A stretch of DNA of 64,000 bases from Octopus vulgaris (lineage: Eukaryota). Positions 52,690 through 64,000 of the stretch are shown here, piece after piece. A program made the position numbers and the translations under genes. The DNA is taken from positions 79,422,001 to 79,486,000 of the forward strand of contig OX597824.1 in assembly GCA_951406725.2 (NCBI GenBank), written 5' to 3'. A model generated the notes under the pieces. It was not told the origin of the DNA. It searched no databases and saw only the letters and a program-made list of their open reading frames with translations. Each line of letters starts with the position of its first letter. The first letter of the stretch is position 1.

Positions 52690-53985
52690 TTTTGTTTCAT
52701 AACTTTAAACTGTGCTTAAGTGATATTCACAACACCAAAAGACAGTTAGAACTGGCCACAATATTTTTGCAGGACATCGAAATGGAGTTTGGTCAGGATA
52801 AGTATTCATATTTAGTAATTAAATGGCAAAAGACTGTTGACCAAACAAGGAATACAAATATCATTGGCTTGTCTATCTATCTATCTCTCCTTTTGTCAGT
52901 GTTACAAATATCTTGGAATCAACAAGAATATTGCATATATTGGTGCTGTGAGTAAAGCTAGAGTGACAAGCTTTTGCAGTGTTGATGCTAGTACCAACAT
53001 TTGGGATACTAGACTAGACACTTGAAGAAATCCACAAACTGGACATCAGGACTGGGAAGATACTAAATGACTATTAACATCAATATCATCAAGGATACTT
53101 TTGAATGGAGGGATGAAGGTCAAAGCATAAGATCAGTTTAGACAACACGTACCATAAATCCTCAAGTATAATCCGCATTTTTTCCCAAAAATTTAAAGGT
53201 CAAAATCCCTAATGCGTACTATATACGAGGTTAAAAATGAAAATTATTTTCTAAGCAATGTTCGAGTCTCTATTTGTTGTCCAGCAATGTTTATTCAGAC
53301 GCATTTTGTGATGCCAGGCACGAAAATACCTTAAGCTAAGCCTGAAAGCAATGAATCATAAAAGAATCATCCATAACTTGCAGTAAGCAACATTTATTAA
53401 ACATTATTACTGTTATTTCTTTATTTTCTGCAAACAAAATGCACAAAAAAGCTACACGTTTGCATTATGTTATATACACAATAATAAAAAAGGATGTTTC
53501 CGTATTCATTTTTACAAACCAAAGACATTATATAGACCTCCTTGACTCAAGTTAGAGAAGGGGTGCATATTATACACAAGGTTTAGGCTTTTCAGAGGTA
53601 CACCCCCCTAAAAATCCCCTGCGTATTATATTCAAGGGCGGACTATACTCGAGGATTTACGGTATATACATCATGTGCATATTCAACAACAAAGGTAATA
53701 ACAATATAAGTTAAGGTGAAGAACTCCTGAACAAGTATACCAAGTTTGTAGCAGCTCCATGAGAACCGAGGCTGGTTGAACTGACCTACTTAGACAGATA
53801 CTTGGTGGAGAAATATTTATCACACAAGCAGAAAGTTATGCATGGATAGATATCCCACAAGCTAGAGAGTAACCAACAACATTGAGAAGGATAATAGCTA
53901 CCCTTGGATCCGTGATAAACTCACCACATCTTACATACAATACATTGCCTTTGCTATTCAAAAACACGAATAGCTATTAATCGGC
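52690..53985 (+). pseudogene. Decayed R4/Dong-like LINE RT fragment
   Basis: QDIEMEFGQDK, YKYLGI, KVMHG and AFAIQ motifs. A restriction-like endonuclease remnant (VIIGAL) lies at ~56300-56550. Confidence 0.6.
53152..53662. mobile_element. Tc1/mariner-superfamily (Tc2/pogo-like) MITE
   Basis: TA on both sides; 25-bp TIRs CCATAAATCCTCAAGTATAATCCGC / GCGGACTATACTCGAGGATTTACGG with three mismatches. Confidence 0.88.
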
Positions 53986-55584
53986 TATTAAGGAAGCGAG
54001 CTGGCAGAAACATTGCACGCCGGGCGAAATTCTTAGTGGTATTTTGTCTGCTGTTACGTTCTGAGTTCAAATTCTGCCGAGGTCGACTTCCGTTGCATTT
54101 GAAGTTCTGTCATTGGAAATGTTACATTACAAGAATAATTCATGCTTTTATTGAAAATGAAATGAACCAAAGAATGGAGTTTTGTGAGTGGTACATGGCA
54201 AGATGCGCTGAATATGTACACTTCCCAACAAAGATGGTTCAGAGTGATGATAAAGAGGGTAAAGACCCCCTTTGGACATGAATGACCATGGTATTACACA
54301 CAAATACGAGGGTACCAAATGGGCGGCGAGCTGGCAGAAACGTCAGCATGCCGGGCGAAATGCGTAGCCATATTTCGTCTGCCGTTATGTTCTGAGTTCA
54401 AATTCCACCGAGGTCGACTTTGCCTTTCATCCTTTCGGAGTCGATAAATTAAGTACCAGTTATGTACTGGAGTCAATGTAATCGACTTAATCCGTTTGTC
54501 TGTTCATGTTTGTCCCCTCTATGTTTAGCCCCTTGTGGGTAGTAAACAAATAGGTATTTCGTCTGCCGTTACATGTGAGTTCAAATTCCGCCGAGGTCGA
54601 CTTTGCCTTTCATCCTTTCGGGGTCGATAAATTAAGTACCAGTTACGCACTGGAGTCAATGTAATCGACTTAATCCGTTTGTCTGTCCTTGTTTGTCCCC
54701 TCTGCGTTTAGCCCCTTGTGGGTAGTAAAGAAATAGAATAGCTATTAAACACCTGGTCGATGAGAAAGATAAGGATACGTCTAAAATTCTAAGTTGAGAA
54801 GAAAATGTTTAGTGAAGAGTGAAACATGAATCCGGTGTTTTTGTCTGTGTTAAAGTGCATGCACTGATGTGACAAGCAACATTGAGTCAAAGTTAAACAA
54901 CAAGTTTTTGTAACAGTGTTCATACAAAAGTGGATGTAAATAAATAACAGTTGTACAAACATAGTTACATTTTATGTGAGTAACGCTGAAAAAACAGAGA
55001 GTAAGAAATGCACCAGCTACATAATGTGGTAGCAGTAATGGCCAAAGGCGAAGTGAGCTAGCAGTCCTAGCTGTCCGTGTGATAACCACAAACTGCCCTG
55101 GAGCAAGAGCAGCAGATAAAGCCCCTCCAGGGTTTTCATACCTCCCTAGCAGAAGTGCCATCGCAGTGCCACCTACCAATGACAGAATGAGGGAGCATAA
55201 CTCTGCCCTGTTCCTTTTAGCCCTTATGGCCCTGCTACAGTATATCACCCACATCATCAGTGGTTAGTTCACATTACTCTATAAAGGGAATGGGGTCAGT
55301 TTCCTAGTTTCTCTGGTGTATATATTCCTCCCTGGACAAGATGCTGGGTTACTCATTTTTACCAGCTGAGTAGACTGAAACAATGTGAAATGAAGTGTTT
55401 TGCTCAAGAACACAATGCACCACCTTGTACAGGAATTGAAACCACGGTCTTTTGATTATGAATCTAACACCCTAACCACTAAGCCATGTTCCTCTCACAT
55501 CATCAGTAACTATCCAAAAATACCCACAAGATACTTACTTCCCATGAGATATGATATTATCACTGAAACTGTCTCCAATGCTAT

Positions 55585-56178
55585 CCCTTTTGTTACCAAC
55601 CCGGCTGAAACCGGCTCTGGCTCTGTAGTACAGATGCTTTGTTTTCAGAAGTTTTGAATTAAAATTTTCCACCAAACATTAGTCGCAAGTGATGTTCCTA
55701 ACACTAACTTAATGATAACTAGATTATTTTACTAAACTTTTCAAACTCCACCCATCTAACACCTGTGGACATATTTACAAAGTAAGAAAACAGCACAGCT
55801 CCCATGACTTCAGGAAACATTTTTTCACGCTGAGAGTTGCTGAAGCATGGAATAAACTGCCGGCATCAGTTGTTAGTTGTCGGAGCACTGCATCCTTCAA
55901 AACTTCCATGCTTCCTGAGATTCGCCAATACTACACTTGATTTTCTCCCCTCCATATACACACAAGCATGTATCTGACTCATACATTGTTCACTTCCCAG
56001 ACATTTCTACATTACTGCATGTACTTTATATGCACTTTCTGACAAGTTGTGGTGCACCTGAGCACTGTATACAATAATTTCATTATTATTATTATTATTA
56101 TTATTTAAATTCTTTGTTATATTTAAAATAATTGAAAGAAATTCAGAGCATCTCAAAATAAATACGGTAACGAAAGGG
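55585..56178. mobile_element. piggyBac-type MITE interrupted by a CR1 3' fragment
   Basis: Colinear with 2562-2780 on both sides of the insert; termini CCCTTTTGTTACC / GGTAACGAAAGGG. Confidence 0.8.
55737..56106 (+). mobile_element. 5'-truncated CR1-group LINE 3' end with (ATT)n tail
   Basis: Translates NTCGHIYKVRKQH..RKHFFTLRVAEAWNKLPASVV, a typical CR1 ORF2 C-terminus. Confidence 0.8.
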
Positions 56179-56854
56179 CTGTATGCAGGAAGAGTTATCC
56201 TGATAAACTATATCAAACGCACACCAGGACCAGGACCAGGACCAGAATGTATCCATATCTTTCAAAATAAAGAATACTGACAGAACAGTCCAATAAAAAC
56301 AGAAACTCGGTATAAGCACAACAAGCAAGATATTGTCATATGAGACAGGGAACAAAAATCACGCACTGCTGTAGAGATCAAGCTACCCAACAAACATGAA
56401 TATCTCACCAAAGAATGGGGGGAAAAAGGAGCAGTTATGCAGAACTAATGAGAAACCTACAGCTCTGAGAGCCAGACTATAGATTTTCATTTGTACTCGT
56501 TATCATAGGTGCACTGGACTATGTAACAACAGATCTGTATAAAAAAAAAAAAACTTAGAAAAATTGCTGAGATTTTACAAAACACAAAACAGAGTAAAGT
56601 GATTCACATTCGGCAAATACAACTGATTAGAGTTACAATGAAAATTTTCTAAAACATTCCAGAGATTCTCTATTTGAAGTTCTTGGGTTGAAAAACATGC
56701 ATAGGATCCTGAATGCATGCGGAATACATGCATATATACATATATACACCAAATGCATAAACAGTGAGAAAGCACACGCACTTATGCATTAAATGACATG
56801 CATACTCATTACAAGAGTGCAACTTTATCCACATGCATATATATATATACATAT

Positions 56855-56898
<44 letters not shown>

Positions 56899-56975
56899 TA
56901 TATATATATAATATACATATATATATATATAATATACATATATATATACATATATATATACATATATATATATAC

Positions 56976-57037
<62 letters not shown>

Positions 57038-57050
57038 ATATGTATATATG

Positions 57051-57117
<67 letters not shown>

Positions 57118-57121
57118 ATGC

Positions 57122-57168
<47 letters not shown>

Positions 57169-57326
57169 TGCACATATAGGTGCATACACTGAACAATTCA
57201 GATAACCACAAGCAACAGGAGTCTTGATTTAAACAAAAGAGCCTTGTTTCTTTGTTGGTAACCAGCTTGAATTCTGCGCAAAGAAAACAAAAATGAAATA
57301 AATCACAAATAAACATACACACACAT

Positions 57327-57363
<37 letters not shown>

Positions 57364-57416
57364 AACGAACACATACACACATGTACATATATACATTCAT
57401 GTTTGTATGTGTATGT

Positions 57417-57455
<39 letters not shown>

Positions 57456-57634
57456 CAGATAGACAGACAGAAAGATAGATAGACAAAATAAATGAGAGGT
57501 ATCAGTTTGGAAATGGAAGATGTATAAGTAAATGGAAGAAGTGATGAATGCATCAATAGACAGAATAACATGACAGGAATTGTAAAATAGTAAAGTGAAT
57601 TAAATGAGAGAAGGGTACATATATATATGTTTAC

Positions 57635-57692
<58 letters not shown>

Positions 57693-57895
57693 AGAGAGAG
57701 AGAGAGAGATAAAGATAGATAGATACATACATACAAAAGTAAATTATTTGTCAATATATAAATATATATGTATGCTTGTACATTATTATATTCTGAATAT
57801 ATATTGTTTTTTTTATCTATCTATCTATCTATCTATCAATCTATCTATCAATCTATCTATCTATCTATCTTTCTACCTACCTATCTATCTATCTC

Positions 57896-57955
<60 letters not shown>

Positions 57956-57983
57956 ACTACCTATATATCTATCTATCTACCTA

Positions 57984-58033
<50 letters not shown>

Positions 58034-58624
58034 CAGGGTGAAGTGAATAAATTGTCAGCAAAATTATGCAAAAATGAAAATAAAATAATATTGGCATCTC
58101 ATTTTAACAGATATATTTACCAACATAACATAAAATATCTTGAAATATTAAAGAGGCGCAGGAGTGGCTGTGTGGTAAGTAGCTTGCATACCAACCACAT
58201 GGTTCCGGGTTGATTCCCACTGCTTGGCACCTTGGGCAAGTGTCTTCTACTATAGCCTCGGGCCGACTAAAGCCTTGTGAGTGGATTTGGTAAATGGAAA
58301 CTGAAAGAAGCTCATTGTATATATGTATATGTGTGTGTGTGTGGGTGGGGGTGGGGGTGTATGTATGTACACACACACTGACGACCGATACTGGCAGTGA
58401 GATTAGGCTGGCATGCTTCGAGCAGATGCCTTCCACTGAAGAAGCACATATATGCTGAAATCGCATGATCTGGCCATGCCAAATGACTGCTACAGATTGT
58501 CAGCTTCAATATTTGTCTCTTCTCTTAGCACTGTACATCTATACGAGCAGATCTCTCAAGAAGAATACTGCAGTGTACAACATTCTAATACTACATCCTT
58601 GTCAAATAGGATATAAACATTGCA

Positions 58625-59090
58625 ATACAGTCTTCTGTCATTGTCTCTGTGAGGCCTAACGTTCGAAGGTCATGCTTGACCACTTCATCCCATGTCTACC
58701 TGGGTCTACCTCTACCCCGAATTCCTTCTACTGTTAGGGAGTGGCACTTCTTCACATATCTCTCCTCCTCCATCCGTAGTACATGACCATACCAGCGCAA
58801 ACGTCTCTCTTGCACACCACATCCGATGCTCCTTATGTCCAACATTTATCTCAGGGCGCTTACATTCTGTTGTGTGCGCACACAAACTTTACACATCCAG
58901 CGTATCATGCTAGCTTCATTTCTTTCGAGCCTACACATATCCTCCACAGTCACGGCCCATGTTTCACTGCCGTGAAGCATGGCAGTTCGCACACATGCAT
59001 CATACCATTTACCTTTCCCTCTGAGTGAGAGGCCCTTTGTCACCAGTAGGGGTAGAAGCTTTCTAAACTTTGCCCAGGCTATTCTTATTC

Positions 59091-59092
<2 letters not shown>
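58625..59092 (-). pseudogene. RTE LINE C-terminal fragment
   Basis: [14 protein letters not shown]...YDACVRTAMLHGSETWA..RMEAS-like segment RLERNEASMIRWMC. Other RTE remnants at ~1110-1270(+), 43980-44390(-), 45000-46000(-) and 61120-61310(-). Confidence 0.88.
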
Positions 59093-59141
<49 letters not shown>

Positions 59142-59154
59142 CATACACACACAC

Positions 59155-59190
<36 letters not shown>

Positions 59191-59362
59191 TCATCTACAC
59201 ACACACATGACAGTCTTCTTTCAGTTTCTGCCTACTAAATCCACTCACAAGGTTTTCATTGGCAAAGTCCAGCAGCACTGGCAGAGTCATGTATACATAT
59301 ATATATATATATATCTGTAATATAATATGTGACAATTATTCGGTTGCTATTTTGATTGCCTC

Positions 59363-59423
59363 GATAACTGATGAGATGCCAGAGCAGGTTTCCGCTCCAA
59401 CATCCGAAACTCAGAGTCTTATT
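59363..59423 (+). ncRNA. Type I hammerhead ribozyme motif inside a 39-bp inverted repeat
   Basis: GATAA-CTGATGA-GATG..GAGC..GCTC..CATC-c-GAAA-CTCAGA-GTC-TTATT, enclosed by arms 59312-59350 / 59424-59462. Confidence 0.7.
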
Positions 59424-60318
59424 ATGGCAACTGAATAATTGTCACACATTATATTACAGATAAATTGCTCTATTTCATAATATCATGGTCTTTTCATTCT
59501 TTTGTTGTCTTACCATTACTATTAATATATATTATATATATATAATAGGCACAGGAGTGGCTGTGTGGTAAGTAGCTTGCTTACTAACCACATGGTTCTG
59601 GGTTCAGTCCCACTGCGTGGCACCTTGGGCAAGTGTCTTCTACTATAGCCTCAGGCTGACCAAAGCCTTGTGAGTGGATTTGATAGATGGAAACTGAAAG
59701 AAGCCCGTCGTATATATGTATATATATATATGTGTGTGTGTGCATGTATGTTTGTGTGCCTGTGTTTGTCCCGCCCAACATCGCTTGACAACCGATGCTG
59801 GTATGTTTACGTCACTGTAACTTAGCAGTTCGGCAAAAGAGACCGATAGAATAAGTACTGGGCTTACAAAGAATAAGTCCTGGGGTCGAGTTGCTCGACT
59901 AAAGGCGGTGCTCCAGCATGGCTGCAGTCAAATGACTGAAACAAGTAAAAGAGTAAATATATTGGCCAATGCCAGCACCGCCTCGACTGGCTTCCGTGTC
60001 AGTGGCACGTAAAAAACACCATCCGAATCGTGGCCGAAGCCAGTGCTGCCTCGACTGGCTTCCGTGCAAGTGGCATGTAAAATGCACCAATCCGACTGTG
60101 GCCGATGCCAGCCTCGCCTGGTACCAGTGCAGGTGGCACGTAAAAAGCACCCACTACACTCACAGAGTGGTTGGCGTTAGGAAGGGCATCCAGCTGTATA
60201 AACATTGCCAGATAAGACCGGAGCCTGGTGCAGCCTTCTGGCTTCCCAGATCCTCAGTCGAACCGTCCAACCCATGCTAGCATGGAGAACGGACGTTGAG
60301 CGATGATGATGATGATGA

Positions 60319-60374
<56 letters not shown>

Positions 60375-62249
60375 TGAGGCAAAGAGTAAGAAAGAAATGT
60401 GTTCTATAGAATTTGTGTAGGTGAAAAATCAGGGATTTATACAGGATTTGAGAATGAAATAATGAAAGAAATAGGAGAGAGAAAGACAGAGGTGGAGAAG
60501 GGAGAGAGGTGGAGAAGGGAGAGAGGGTGTGGTGGCATATTGTAAAAACAGTGGAGAGTTCGTTGACAGAGAGATTTATCACGGGTAGCACTGTGATGTT
60601 GCAGGATTTAGAGCTTAAAACTTTCAAAATCAGCAGGATTTCTAGGTATTTTAGTCTTCTGTGTGTGTGTTGGTGTGTGCATGTGTATGTATATGTGTGT
60701 GCATATGTGTGTGTGTATGTGTATGTGTGTGTTTGTGTGAGTGTATCTATGTGTGTATGTGTGTGTGCATGTGTATGTATATGTGTGTGTATGTGTGCTT
60801 ATGTGTGTGTGTGTATGTGTATGTGTGTGTTTGTGTGAGTGTATCTATGTGCGTATGTGCGTGTGCATGTGTATGTATGTGTGTATTTGTGTGTATCTGT
60901 GTGTGTATGTGCATGTGTGTGTGTATGTATGTATGTTTGCATGCATGTGTGCGTATTTGTGTGTGTGTTTGAGTGTATCTATGCGTATGTATGTGTGTGT
61001 GCTTGTGTATGTATGTGTGTATTTGTGTGTGTATGTCTGTACGTTTGCATGTATGTGTATGCATGTGTGTGTGTGTATATGTGTGCGTGTGTGTGTGTTA
61101 TGAAGGCGTGTGGCTTTCTGGCCAGGGTTGAGTACAGCAATGCATCACGTACCTCAATCCTCCATCATTTCCTTCGTCAAGCTCAACGTTTTGAGATCAT
61201 CCTCCAATACTTCCTCCCACGTCTTCCGGTTGGGATGGGGGGTCTCCCCTCTTCCACAACTTCCCTCCACCTTAATATAAACATTGTTCAATTGAAGACC
61301 AGAGGTATTAGCTCAGCTGAGATGATATCAAAAGGCACTAATGTAGCTAGAGAGTGGGGTGGGGAAAGAAAAGGGTGGTCTTCCCTGGGTGGTACTTTTA
61401 TGGGGATGGTACCACTTTTGGGTTTGCTGTAAGCAATACAAATTTTTTTTGTGTGAGTCTGGGGCATGTAAACTGAAGAACCTCCCTGGGCAGCACACAT
61501 TCTAGCTACGATAGTATCAAAAGGGTTACAGGAGTTGTCCCTTTCAGAATTTTATGCAGCACATGTACTTGTTTCAGTCATTTGACTGTGGCCATGCTAG
61601 AGCACCACCTTTAGTTGAGCAAATCGACCCCAGGACTTATTCTTTGTAAGCCTAGTACTTATTCTATCACTCTCTTTTGCCGAACCGCTAATGTTACAGG
61701 GACGTAAACACACCAGCATCGGTTGTCAAGCAATGCTGGGGGAACAAACACAGACACACAAACATATATACACACACATACATACATGTATATACATATA
61801 TATGACAGGCTTCTTTCAGTTTCCGTCTACCAAATCTACTCACAAAGCTTTGGTTGGCCCGAGGCTATTGTTGAAGACACTTGCCCAAGGTGCCACGCAG
61901 TGGGACTGAACCCGGAACCATGTGGTTAGTAAGCAAGCTACTTACCACTCAGCCGCTCCTGCGCCTATCTTCAACATCTGTACTAAATTCATATCACATG
62001 GAGGAAAAGAGAGTAAAAAAGGCAAAATGGTGCATACACAAATGTACTTATACCACTCACATGTGATACATGAGGTCAACTAAAAGAGCGGATCTGGCTA
62101 ACTTTCTACCTGTTTGTCTATCGGTGTGTCTGCCTGTCTGTGTACCTATCAGTCTGTCTGTCTGTCTCTCTCATTGTGTGTGTGTGTGTGTATAGATAGA
62201 TAGATAGATGGATAAATATAGATATACACATATATTGATATATACATAT

Positions 62250-62287
62250 AGCAGTCTATCAGTCTATCTATCTATCTATCTATCTAC

Positions 62288-62344
<57 letters not shown>

Positions 62345-62414
62345 CATCCATCCATCCATCAGTCCATCTGTCTGCCTATTTACTTATCTGTCTACATGTT
62401 TGTCTGTCTATCTG

Positions 62415-62472
<58 letters not shown>

Positions 62473-63300
62473 CATCCATCCATCAGTCCATAAGTCTGTC
62501 TGCCTATTTACTTATCTGTCTACATGTCCGTCTGTCTATCTATCTATTTATCTATGTCTGTCTACCTGTCTGTCTACGTACCTACTTGCCTACCTGCCTA
62601 CCCACCTACCTACCTACCTACCTACCTACCTACCTACCTACCTACCTGCCTACCTGCCTGCCTGCCTGCCTGTCTGTCTATCTCTCCGTGTATTACAATC
62701 TAGATTTAAAAGTTATAGTACAATATTCCATGCCTCACTTCATATGTCATGCAACAAAACATCACTCACTGCATTTAATCTCAGAAAACCACCACCACCA
62801 CCACCACCACCACCACCACCACCACCACCACTACCAACAACAACAACAACAACAACATCACCAGTATCACTACTACCACCAGCACCTCCAGCATCACAAC
62901 CTAACCTCTCCCACTAATCTCAGTTTCTACTACCACAGCTACCACCACCATACCACTGACATAATCATTGGCAGCAGCAACAACAACAACAACAACAATA
63001 ACAATAACAACAACAACAATGGCAACAGCACTGTCACCACCACTATCAACAACCACCTTTACCAACATCTATAGCACTGCTACCACCACCACCACCACCA
63101 CTACTAACCACCAAAACTTCCTTACCCTTCACTATCTGCCACTGCTACCATCTACTGCCACTAGCACCACCACCACCACCACCACCTATTACCTATTACC
63201 ATCCACCACCATCCACCACCACCCCCGCTGCCGTCACACCCACTGTGCCCCCCCCCTGCTTCTGCCCCCCCCCCCCACCGCTGCTGCCCCCCCCCCCCCA
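62250..63300. repeat. (TATC)n/(CTAC)n tract followed by (CAC)n/(CAA)n microsatellites
   Basis: Direct reading. Confidence 0.93.
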
Positions 63301-63379
63301 TCTTCCATAAGTCAACAGATCAATTTAGAATATACCTCAGTGGTTTCATTAGTTACAGTTTAGTTAAGACTCAGATAGA

Positions 63380-63830
63380 GATGATGATGATGATGATGTT
63401 GATGATGATGATGAGGAGGAGGAGGAGGAGGAGGAAGAGAAAGAAGGAGGGTGATGATGATAACATTGATGATGATAACAGCAATAAGAATGTTGGTGGC
63501 AGTGATGATGATGATGATGTTGATGATGATGATGATGATGATGAGGAGGAGGAGGAGGAGGAAGAGAAAGAAGGAGGGTGATGATGATAACAATGATGAT
63601 GATAACAGCAATAAGAATGTTGGTGGCAGTGATGATGATGATGATGTTGATGATGATGATGATGATGAGGAGGAGGAGGAGGAGGAGGAAGAGAAAGAAG
63701 GAGGGTGATGATGATAACATTGATGATGATAACAGCAATAAGAATGTTGGTGGCAGTGATGATGATGATGATGTTGATGATGATGATGATGAGGAGGAGG
63801 AGGAGACAGAAGAAGAGTGATGATGATGAA
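63380..63830. repeat. ~125-bp higher-order tandem repeat built from GAT/GAG triplets, about 3.5 copies
   Basis: Spacer GGAAGAGAAAGAAGGAGGGTGATGATGATAACA..AACAGCAATAAGAATGTTGGTGGCAGT occurs three times. Confidence 0.93.
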
Positions 63831-64000
63831 GGTTGCTGCTGCTGCTGGCACTAGCAATCCATGATAGAGAGATAATCATGATGATGATGGTGGTGATAAC
63901 GGTAGTGACTGGCCCTCGTGCCGGTGGCACGCATAAGCACCCATTACACTCACGGAGTGGTTGGCATTAGGAAGGGCATCCAGCTGTAGAAACTCTGCCA

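Noticed and set aside
54850-55267. 135-aa minus-strand ORF and 62-aa plus-strand ORF
   Set aside because: No recognisable family; adjacent to SINEs and without exon signals.
58034-58620. Possible Tc1/mariner end (TA-CAGGGTG) with transposase remnant
   Set aside because: No partner TIR was found and the translation is too degraded to support a call.
63360-63930. Acidic D/E-rich ORFs
   Set aside because: A tandem triplet-based repeat with a stop in every unit.

Overview
AT-rich, repeat-dense animal genomic DNA. The SINE/LINE families and microsatellite load look like a coleoid cephalopod (Octopus-like); this is recognised from memory, not from a search. No intact host protein-coding gene is visible, and most listed ORFs are microsatellite artefacts or decayed transposon fragments. 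The window holds many tRNA-derived SINEs, (GAT)n-tailed RTE-type repeats, decayed CR1, RTE and R4/Dong LINEs, Tc1/mariner and hAT remnants, MITEs, non-autonomous Helitrons and a solo LTR. It may also hold 5' non-coding exons of a minus-strand gene that runs off the left edge. Most notable: (1) a set of type I hammerhead ribozyme motifs in short Penelope/retrozyme-like inserts sitting in (TA)n tracts, including a ~354-bp terminally redundant unit with a rod-like fold at 37961-38412; (2) long hairpins biased to G-U pairs at 10178-10305 and 51477-51633; (3) recurrent fold-back palindromes centred on (TA)n. All coordinates were read by eye; edges of decayed elements are approximate.
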